The notes under the pieces were generated by a model that made no database searches, had not been told where the DNA came from, and saw only the letters and a program-made list of their open reading frames with translations. The translations under genes were made by a program, and so were the position numbers. From NCBI GenBank assembly GCA_000830275.1, contig CP010424.1, forward strand, positions 1,209,429 through 1,241,428: 32,000 nt of DNA. Reading direction: 5' to 3'. Shown here piece by piece: positions 7,876-14,016 of this stretch. Every line of letters starts with the position of its first letter. The stretch's first letter is position 1. The stretch comes from an archaeon GW2011_AR10. Its GTDB lineage: Archaea > Iainarchaeota > Iainarchaeia > Iainarchaeales > GW2011-AR10.

Positions 7876-9366
7876 ATGGACAGAAACAAGTTTTTGAAGG
7901 ATTCAATCAAGAAACTGCTTTATTTGAGTGTTTCGGACGAGGAAATAGTAAAGAACCTAAGCGAAGTAGGGGTTGAAAGGCAGCTAGCGGAACAGCTCTT
8001 GGCTGAATCAAAAAAAGAAATAGCTGTGGGAGAGGAAAAAGAACCGAAGCCCAAGAGAAAAGAGGACAAGAAGGCAATTGGAAGCGAGTTAAGCGAGGCA
8101 ATTCCTTCGCCTGCTGCATCAACTTCAGTTGACTTAACCGACCTTTGGAGGAAAGGAGTCCTTGTAACGGTTGACGCAAAGCTCGCTGAAATGCAGAAAC
8201 TGAAGGAAAAAGTTGAGGAAAAAATAAGTTCATCGGTGAAAAAGGAGCTTGAAAAGGAGATGAAAAAGTTTGGAGTAGTTGTGGAATCACAGCGTGTCCT
8301 TGTGAGGGAAAAAATTTCTTCAGATGTTAATGCAAAAATAAATGAATTCAATTCGGTTATTGAGGCAAAGGTTTCTGACCTGAAGGATGAAAGCAACGTA
8401 ATCCAGCAGCAGCTTGCAAAAGTTGAGGCGCTGAGGAAAAAAAACGAGGGGCTCGTTGAAGAGTTCAACAACGCGAAATCCGAGTTAGAGCAGCTGAAGT
8501 CAAGGCTCATAAGCCAAGTGAGCTCTTCACTCATCCAGCAGCGCAGCGAAACAGAGAAATTCCTCCAGGAAAGCGAGCAGAAAAGAAAGGACGTTGATGC
8601 GAGAATCAACCGGACACTGGAACTGGAGTCAAAGATTGCTGAGGGGCTGATAAAGGATGTTAACAGGAAAGTTGAAGAGATTTCCTTGAAGGAGGACAAA
8701 AAACTTGAAGGAGAGCTCAAGGCAAGAATAGCTGAACTGGACAGCCTAATCCAGCAGTCCCACCCTGAAACGCTGAAGGAAATAATTGGTTTGATGACAA
8801 AAAAAATCGAACTGATTGACCAAAAACTAGTGGAACTGGACCAGAAGCCTTTGCTCGTGAAAGACGAAATAAAAAAAATCCAGTTGCTTGAACTGCAAAA
8901 ATTCAAGGCATTCGAGAAATCACTGCAGGAGCAAATGGAAAAGCAGGTAAACTATTACTTGGATGAAAAATACGTTGAGTGGAGCAAGAACTTCAACCAA
9001 AAGCTTGCGGAAATGGACCAATCCCAGGCAGAGCTTACAAAAAAAGCCCAAAAGCAGGTTGACGACATCAATAAGTTAAAGAAGCAGGTTGACCTTGACA
9101 CAATCAAGGCAACAATGGAGGGCCTCGACTTGTTCAAGCAGCAGTTCATTAACACTGTTCAGAAAAACGTTCAAGAATTCAACAAGGCAAAAACCGAACT
9201 GGCCGAGCTGATACAGAAAAGAGAGGCAATGGTGGACGAGCACATTAAAGCCGTTGACATGAAATTAGAGGAACTAGACAAATTCGAAAAAAGGTTTGCA
9301 GAGGAAATGGGTTTATCCATTGACACGCTAACTGAAAAGAGGTCAGCGAAAAAAGCCAAGAAATAA
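7876..9366 (+). CDS. Long coiled-coil protein (496 aa), function unknown
   Basis: About 45 aa of N-terminal helical domain, a short P/S linker, then ~400 aa of E/K/L/Q-rich heptad-like sequence. No enzymatic motifs. Confidence 0.6.
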   Translation: MDRNKFLKDSIKKLLYLSVSDEEIVKNLSEVGVERQLAEQLLAESKKEIAVGEEKEPKPKRKEDKKAIGSELSEAIPSPAASTSVDLTDLWRKGVLVTVDAKLAEMQKLKEKVEEKISSSVKKELEKEMKKFGVVVESQRVLVREKISSDVNAKINEFNSVIEAKVSDLKDESNVIQQQLAKVEALRKKNEGLVEEFNNAKSELEQLKSRLISQVSSSLIQQRSETEKFLQESEQKRKDVDARINRTLELESKIAEGLIKDVNRKVEEISLKEDKKLEGELKARIAELDSLIQQSHPETLKEIIGLMTKKIELIDQKLVELDQKPLLVKDEIKKIQLLELQKFKAFEKSLQEQMEKQVNYYLDEKYVEWSKNFNQKLAEMDQSQAELTKKAQKQVDDINKLKKQVDLDTIKATMEGLDLFKQQFINTVQKNVQEFNKAKTELAELIQKREAMVDEHIKAVDMKLEELDKFEKRFAEEMGLSIDTLTEKRSAKKAKK

Positions 9367-9462
9367 CGGCAGCAGTGCTTTTAATGTAGAAAACCCCATA
9401 AATAGGCTTAAAAACAGGAATTAAATTAATTATAACAGGCTCACTTTTTTGGAGGATTAATA

Positions 9463-9639
9463 ATGGTTAGACAGGAGACTAAACTAAAGTGTATTAGATG
9501 CGGCTACTTCATTGTATTGGACAGCCCGAGAGCCAAAGAAGTCAGTTGCCCGAAGTGCTCGCAGCAGTGGAAACTAATCAAAGAAGAAGACGAACTCTTT
9601 CTAGAACCGATTGAAACAATAACAGAAAAATCACCCTAA
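9463..9639 (+). CDS. Small zinc-ribbon protein (58 aa), not in the ORF track
   Basis: ATG is preceded by GGAGG (9451-9455). Translation is MVRQETKLKCIRCGYFIVLDSPRAKEVSCPKCSQQWKLIKEEDELFLEPIETITEKSP, with CxxC..CxxC. Confidence 0.55.
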   Translation: MVRQETKLKCIRCGYFIVLDSPRAKEVSCPKCSQQWKLIKEEDELFLEPIETITEKSP

Positions 9640-9817
9640 TTTCCTAAAAGTTGCTTTAAAATTTTTTCCCACCAAGAAATCATTCAACCCAAAAGATACC
9701 TCGGCTTTTAAGTCGCGGTTATTGGCCTCGGTATCTTTTCCGTTGACGGGTTCATGACGTCCATTAAATGTTGGGATACCCCTGCCTTTAGGCATGGGAG
9801 GACGTCATTTGCTTGAA

Positions 9818-9843
9818 GGGCCTATGGTCTACCGGTATGATTC
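9818..9843 (+). pseudogene. tRNA 5' fragment (acceptor 5' strand plus intact D-arm), partner of the 3' fragment at 11723-11747
   Basis: GGGCCTA-TG-GTCT-ACCGGTA-TGAT-T. It shares GGGCCTnTGGTCTA with tRNA-Val at 11425. Its acceptor strand is perfectly complementary to TAGGCCC at 11740-11746. No anticodon or T arm follows. Confidence 0.6.
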
Positions 9844-10013
9844 ATTCTAATTTTTTCAGACACCTCCAATTTAGAATTTTTTCTTAGGACTCTGATTTTC
9901 TCGGCTTAAACCTTTGCACGTCTGAATCTCTAATTTTTGTGCAAAGGATTTAATGCCTCCAAAATCAACAGAGACGTCCACGAAAAAATTCATCATTCAT
10001 TGGAGGTGATTCG

Positions 10014-10148
10014 ATGAAAAATTTTAATTTTCAAATTCCCTCAAAGGGAGAACTCAGAAGAGCTCTAGGATTAGCTCACTCAAATCCAGAAGAACTAACT
10101 GACAGGGAGCTTTGGATTCTAGAAGAGTTTGGAGGAGATTTTCAGTGA
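10014..10148 (+). CDS. Small ORF (44 aa), first gene of the endonuclease operon
   Basis: GGAGGTGA lies 4-11 nt upstream of the ATG. Translation is MKNFNFQIPSKGELRRALGLAHSNPEELTDRELWILEEFGGDFQ. Its stop overlaps the next start (GTGA). Confidence 0.45.
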   Translation: MKNFNFQIPSKGELRRALGLAHSNPEELTDRELWILEEFGGDFQ

Positions 10149-10297
10149 GCTTTATTCTTCTATTTCTTTTTAGCTTGATTTTCTTTCCTCTGCTCTTTAT
10201 TCTTGATGCATTTGGATTTAATGAAGAAGCATATGAGATAGCGAAATATCTAGTAGCTTTTTTCTTAGGAATGCTTGTTTGGGAGTTGGTGTTATGA
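10145..10297 (+). CDS. Small two-TM membrane protein (50 aa)
   Basis: GTG 10145 has GGAGGAG 8 nt upstream. Two hydrophobic segments, SFILLFLFSLIFFPLLFIL and YLVAFFLGMLVWELVL. Its stop overlaps the endonuclease ATG (ATGA). Confidence 0.4.
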   Translation: MSFILLFLFSLIFFPLLFILDAFGFNEEAYEIAKYLVAFFLGMLVWELVL

Positions 10298-11439
10298 ATC
10301 CCGCACCGGAAATGAACCCTCAAATTCGATATAAATCTAAAAAACTAATTTCTTTTATGAAAAGCCTTTCTGGTTATACAATAGAAGAAAAAAGAGTATT
10401 GCTTGAAGATCCAAAACTATTTTTTAGAGCAATTAAAGAATCTCCAAAATACCTTTCTTGGAATTCTCTTGTCGAAGATGTTAGTTGTGCAAATACAACT
10501 TTGAAAAAGTATAGGCGAGGAGAGTTAACTATCCGAGGAGATATTTTCCTTAAACTTTTGAGTTATTTAAGTAAAAATCAAAAGCAAAGACTAATTTCCA
10601 AGATAAATTTAGTGAATTCTAATTGGGGTGCAATTAAGGGCGGTAAGCGAGGTTTTGCAGTAATAAAAGAAAAGTATGGTGAAAACTATTTGGAGATGCT
10701 AAGAGTCAAAGGTCAGCGAGCAAGTTTGAATAGCCCATTGTTCATTACCAAACCAATGGAAATTACTATCCCTTCAAGCATTACTATGGAAATTGCAGAG
10801 CTATTTGGAGCCTATCTTGGGGATGGAACTTTAACAAAATATTTTATGAGAATTGCAGGGGATAAGCGACTGGATAAGTATTATTTCATCTATCTTTCAG
10901 GATTAATCAAAAAGAATTTTGGATTGAGTTCAACCATAAAAGAGATAAGCCTTTCTACAAATCAACTTTGCTTGGAAATAAGATCAAAAAGATTTGTGGA
11001 TTATTTCAGACATGTTTTTCAACTGAAAATAGGGAATAAAATTAGAAATTCATCAAAAATTCCTGAATTTATTATAGAAGACAAGGAATTAGCAAAAGCG
11101 TGTTTGAGAGGGTTGATGGATACTGACGGATCTTTTTCAAGGAGGTCAACATATATGTGTTTAGCTTTTACGTCCCATAGCCCTATACTGCTAGGCCAAG
11201 TTCATAATCTTGGTTTAAAATTTGGGTATTTTTCCTATAAATTTAAAGATCAAGTAGGTTCTAATTCTTCTGGCAGAATAAAGAAGTATTTCTCAGAAGT
11301 TGGCAGTTCAAATTTGAGGCATATAGTCCGTTACCATGAACATCTTAAAAATAACCGTTTTTTGTATTCTGAGGAAACATTAAAATATTTTCCTGAATAT
11401 CAAAATCTTATGCTGCCATATTATGGGCCTGTGGTCTAG
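10294..11439 (+). CDS. Double-motif LAGLIDADG homing endonuclease with an N-terminal HTH-like extension
   Basis: Motifs are LFGAYLGDGT (from ~10801) and LRGLMDTDGS (from ~11104), about 100 aa apart. The coding region is AT-rich. ATG 10294 is preferred over the track start TTG 10279. The TAG stop (11437-11439) lies inside the D-arm of tRNA-Val. Confidence 0.85.
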   Translation: MNPAPEMNPQIRYKSKKLISFMKSLSGYTIEEKRVLLEDPKLFFRAIKESPKYLSWNSLVEDVSCANTTLKKYRRGELTIRGDIFLKLLSYLSKNQKQRLISKINLVNSNWGAIKGGKRGFAVIKEKYGENYLEMLRVKGQRASLNSPLFITKPMEITIPSSITMEIAELFGAYLGDGTLTKYFMRIAGDKRLDKYYFIYLSGLIKKNFGLSSTIKEISLSTNQLCLEIRSKRFVDYFRHVFQLKIGNKIRNSSKIPEFIIEDKELAKACLRGLMDTDGSFSRRSTYMCLAFTSHSPILLGQVHNLGLKFGYFSYKFKDQVGSNSSGRIKKYFSEVGSSNLRHIVRYHEHLKNNRFLYSEETLKYFPEYQNLMLPYYGPVV

Positions 11440-11535
11440 TGGTTAGAGAGCTTAGGAAAAATTAATCTTGGCTCTCCCGCAAATGACGTTACCTTGACAT
11501 GGTAAAGATCGGCAGTTCGATTCTGCCCAGGCCCA
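11425..11535 (+). tRNA. tRNA-Val(GAC) with a 38-nt intron in the D-loop (position 20/21)
   Basis: After removing 11445-11482 the 73-nt product folds as GGGCCTG TG GTCT AGTGGTTA TGAC G TTACC TTGACAT GGTAA AGATC GGCAG TTCGATT CTGCC CAGGCCC A. A bulge-helix-bulge surrounds the insert. Confidence 0.85.
11445..11482 (+). other. Predicted BHB-type tRNA intron
   Basis: The 4-bp helix GTGG(11439-11442)/CCGC(11477-11480) is flanked by the 3-nt bulges TTA (11443-11445) and AAA (11481-11483) on opposite strands. The intron helix is GAGAGC(11446-11451)/GCTCTC(11471-11476). Confidence 0.75.
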
Positions 11536-11545
11536 CTTTAAATCA

Positions 11546-11715
11546 GGTAATTCCACCGTTTTCAAACGGTAGTCAGGTAAAACTTTGACAAATCAAGTGA
11601 TTGCTCCATATTTCATTTTGTCAAAGTTTTAGTGGAATTACTACTGTCAAGAACCACTTGCTTGTTTTGGAATTTTATAAACATGCCACTGACTTTAGTC
11701 GGTGGTTCTTGACAA
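11546..11715 (+). repeat. Structured intergenic repeat, copy B (longest copy)
   Basis: Stem 1 is GTAATTCCAC(11546-11555)/GTGGAATTAC(11632-11641). It encloses CCGTTT-TC-AAACGG and a 14-bp stem AAAACTTTGACAAA/TTTGTCAAAGTTTT. Stem 2 is TGTCAAGAACCAC(11645-11657)/GTGGTTCTTGACA(11701-11713). Confidence 0.75.
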
Positions 11716-11722
11716 CAATTTA

Positions 11723-11747
11723 GGCGGTTCGACTCCGCCTAGGCCCA
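11723..11747 (+). pseudogene. tRNA 3' fragment (T-arm, acceptor 3' strand, discriminator)
   Basis: GGCGG-TTCGACT-CCGCC-TAGGCCC-A. No matching 5' strand lies within 1.8 kb except GGGCCTA at 9818. It differs from the tRNA-Val 3' end at 4 of 25 positions; two of these are the paired 52:62 positions and one is position 66, whose partner (position 7) changes correspondingly in the 5' fragment. Confidence 0.65.
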
Positions 11748-11810
11748 CTAATTTAGCTAGGAAAACAGTATGGCCTGCATTTAAAGTTTTTTTTGTAAGC
11801 TATTTATTTT

Positions 11811-12032
11811 ATGGGCAAATCCTATAAAATCGTTGTTGAAAAAGGATTTGACGGCTATTTAGTTGCAGAGGTGCCAGAGTTCCCAGGCTGTTATACTCAA
11901 GCGAAAACCATGAAAGAACTCATGTACAATGCCAAAGAAGCGATTGAACTGTATCTTGAGTCGGAAAAAGAATTGAAAAGAAGGCCCCAGAAAAGGTTTT
12001 TAGGCATAAAAGAAGTTGTCATAAATGCCTAA
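11811..12032 (+). CDS. hicB: HicB-family antitoxin (UPF0150)
   Basis: YKIVVEKGFDGYLVAEVPEFPGCYTQAKTMKELMYNAKEAIELYLE is the classic HicB N-terminal fold signature. 73 aa. Confidence 0.8.
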   Translation: MGKSYKIVVEKGFDGYLVAEVPEFPGCYTQAKTMKELMYNAKEAIELYLESEKELKRRPQKRFLGIKEVVINA

Positions 12033-12081
12033 ACTAAAACCGGTTTCTTCAAAAATTAATACTTTGTTGTTGCACAAGTAA
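12025..12081 (+). pseudogene. hicA: Truncated hicA toxin remnant (18 codons)
   Basis: The ATG overlaps the hicB end by 8 nt. MPKLKPVSSKI matches the conserved HicA N-terminus (MPKLP.VS.KE..). The frame then ends after 18 aa, where the convergent ttuA gene terminates. Confidence 0.55.
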
Positions 12082-13045
12082 GGGTTTTTTCTTTCTGCTT
12101 TTTTGCAACTTTTTTTTCTAAAATTAGCTGGTCAAGCTTTAAGCAGACAGTGCAAGTGGAAGTCGTTGTTGCATTACCGCACCTCTCACAATACCTTGCT
12201 TTTCCATGCTCCGCGGTTTTCTCGAGCAGCGGCTTCAATTGCTCGAAAGAACGGAGCACTGAAAACTTTGTTCCAGGCAAATTTGCTTCCATTTTGTTCA
12301 GCATTTCACGAAAATAATTTCGCTTTGCTTGGCTGGAGAAAGGGCAGCACTCATCCGAGTAATGAGGCAGCTCTTTTAATGCCGCGAAAGCAATCACTTC
12401 TTTTTCAGGGCTTTCATACAATGGTTTAATTCTTGGCACCAATCCCTTGATTCCGTTGCTGCCAACAACTGCTCCCAGTCTTGCCATTCTGCTGAAATCG
12501 TTGTCAAAAAAGTTCATGCAGATGCTCTGCACTTCGTCATCCAAGTTGTGGCCTGTTGCAATTCTGTCAGCTCCAACATCAACTGCTCCCTTGTTGAGGA
12601 GATGGCGCCTGAAAACGCCGCAAAAAGAGCACGTGCTTCCCAAGCCGGAATTCAAATCAATTTTTTCCTTTACTTCCTCCATGGAAACTGCAAGCTCTTT
12701 CTTGTAAGAGTAAACAGTGAAAGCAATGCACAGTTCCTTGCACAGAGCTTTTCCTTCCGCAAGTGCTTTATCCCTGTAGCCCGGGATTCCTTCATCAATC
12801 ATTACTGCTTCAATTTCGTTGACACGAGAAAACATTTTATGTAGAAGATAAAGGGTTGTCGCTGAATCCTTGCCGCCTGAAACCCCGACAGCAATTTTTT
12901 CCCCTGCCTTAACCATTCCATGTTTTCTGGTGGTTCTCCGCACGCGGTTCTCGAAAAAGTATAGGAAGTGCTCCTCGCAGAAGTTGTGTGGGCCGTAAGG
13001 CAAAAGCATTTTTGCTTCCTTGCTGCAGCGCTCGCATGAAACCAT
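12056..13045 (-). CDS. ttuA: PP-loop ATPase, tRNA 2-thiolation protein (TtuA/NcsA family)
   Basis: PP-loop VGVSGGKDS, N- and C-terminal CxxC zinc fingers (CERCSK.., CERCGN..CTVC), and GHNLDDE and CPF motifs. Confidence 0.85.
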   Translation of the reverse strand: MVSCERCSKEAKMLLPYGPHNFCEEHFLYFFENRVRRTTRKHGMVKAGEKIAVGVSGGKDSATTLYLLHKMFSRVNEIEAVMIDEGIPGYRDKALAEGKALCKELCIAFTVYSYKKELAVSMEEVKEKIDLNSGLGSTCSFCGVFRRHLLNKGAVDVGADRIATGHNLDDEVQSICMNFFDNDFSRMARLGAVVGSNGIKGLVPRIKPLYESPEKEVIAFAALKELPHYSDECCPFSSQAKRNYFREMLNKMEANLPGTKFSVLRSFEQLKPLLEKTAEHGKARYCERCGNATTTSTCTVCLKLDQLILEKKVAKKQKEKTLTCATTKY

Positions 13046-13293
13046 ACACTATTATTTTCCTCGCGAAAAGTATTTATTCTGAAAACGCACCATTCCTATA
13101 ATGGCTTCAAGGAAAGACGTTATTGAGAGAAATGAAATCGAGTCAAAGCAGCGAATGGGAATGCAGCGGAACAGAAAGGCTTCAAGGCGCTCGCAGAAGA
13201 GCTTTCGTTGATTCCTGAAAGAAAGCTTTAAATTACTTCTCCAGAGCATATTGCTTATTGGAAAGCGTTTTTTTGGCTTTTTAAGTGGTTTTT

Positions 13294-13896
13294 ATGAGTT
13301 TTTCGCAGTTAGTGAAGGAATCCTTTCAGGCTGAGTTCAAGGGCGTGAAGAGCCCTGACTACAACTATCAGAGGCTTTACCGAGAGCGCATGATTGAGTT
13401 CAGGAAGCCAACAGAAACAATTGTGAGGGTTGAAAAACCCCTTAATATTCCGCGCGCAAGAGAGCTCGGCTACAAGGCAAAAAAAGGGTTTGTTGTTGCA
13501 AGGGTAAGGGTTAGAAAAGGAAGCGGCGCACACAAGCGCGTCAACAAGGGAAGAAGGCCAAAAAGGACAGGAGTAACAAAGCTAACGAGGAGAATTTCAA
13601 TTCAGGGCATTGCAGAGAAAAGAACCGGAAAAAAGTTTCCAAACTGCGAGGTGCTTAACTCTTATTTCGTTGGAGAAGACGGAAAAAACAAGTACTTTGA
13701 AGTAATACTTGTTGACACTTCCGCCCCAGAAATAATTGCTGACAGGGAAATCAACTGGATAACTGGAAAAAAGCAGGGCAGAAGGGCTGAGAGGGGAAAG
13801 ACTTCAGCGCAGCGAAAAAGCAGGGGCTTAAAGAGAGGCGAAGGCCACGAAAAGAATTTCCCAAGCCAGCGCTCTCACCAGCGAAAAGCAAAGTAA
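13294..13896 (+). CDS. rpl15e: 50S ribosomal protein L15e
   Basis: YRERMIEFRK, LGYKAKKGFVVARVRVRKGSG and NKGRRPKR are typical of L15e. ATG 13294 is preferred over GTG 13285. Confidence 0.92.
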   Translation: MSFSQLVKESFQAEFKGVKSPDYNYQRLYRERMIEFRKPTETIVRVEKPLNIPRARELGYKAKKGFVVARVRVRKGSGAHKRVNKGRRPKRTGVTKLTRRISIQGIAEKRTGKKFPNCEVLNSYFVGEDGKNKYFEVILVDTSAPEIIADREINWITGKKQGRRAERGKTSAQRKSRGLKRGEGHEKNFPSQRSHQRKAK

Positions 13897-13898
13897 TT

Positions 13899-13969
13899 CA
13901 GCCTTTTAGGAAAAGGCTGGCGAAAAAAAGCCTACGGCAACAGCCTTTTAAAAAAAGGCTGGCGAAAAA
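13899..13969 (+). repeat. Tandem duplicated 9-bp-stem hairpin downstream of rpl15e
   Basis: CAGCCTTTT-AGG-AAAAGGCTG (13899-13919) and CAGCCTTTT-AAA-AAAAGGCTG (13941-13961), each followed by GCGAAAAA. Possible terminator duplication. Confidence 0.6.
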
Positions 13970-14016
13970 CGATTGAATATTTAATTTCTTTCAATCTCTT
14001 TTTTTAGTTGAATTAA

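Noticed and set aside
7920-8906. 328-aa minus-strand ORF antisense to the coiled-coil gene
   Set aside because: It is S/F/L-rich low-complexity sequence, the mirror image of GAA/AAG-rich coding sequence. The sense-strand protein is far more protein-like.
9818-9878. The 5' fragment continuing into a functional intron-containing anticodon arm, or a functional tRNA restored by joining at the 8-nt direct repeat CAATTTAG (9867-9874 and 11716-11723)
   Set aside because: The ATTCTAA/TTAGAAT stem leaves no loop with U33 and a purine at position 37. The 81-nt sequence obtained by joining at the repeat has no 5-bp/7-nt anticodon arm. I treat the repeat as possibly a recombination scar or chance.
9640-10010. 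RNase P RNA or SRP RNA hidden in the hairpin-rich spacer
   Set aside because: I could not find the universally conserved motifs, such as GAGGAAAGTCC-type CR-I or the SRP helix-8 GGAA/AGCA loops. CGGCTTA-like strings alone are not enough.
11701-11722. TTGACAA upstream of the 3' fragment as a relic Val anticodon loop
   Set aside because: The same positions are TTGAGAA in copy A and TTTACAC in copy X. The string therefore belongs to the repeat's stem 2, not to a tRNA.
13052-13249. 65-aa minus-strand ORF between ttuA and rpl15e
   Set aside because: It has no start context, an odd composition, and lies in a divergent promoter region.
13899-13969. Possible mini-CRISPR array
   Set aside because: There are only two units, the repeats are themselves simple hairpins with A-runs, and no cas genes or spacer-like unique segments are present.
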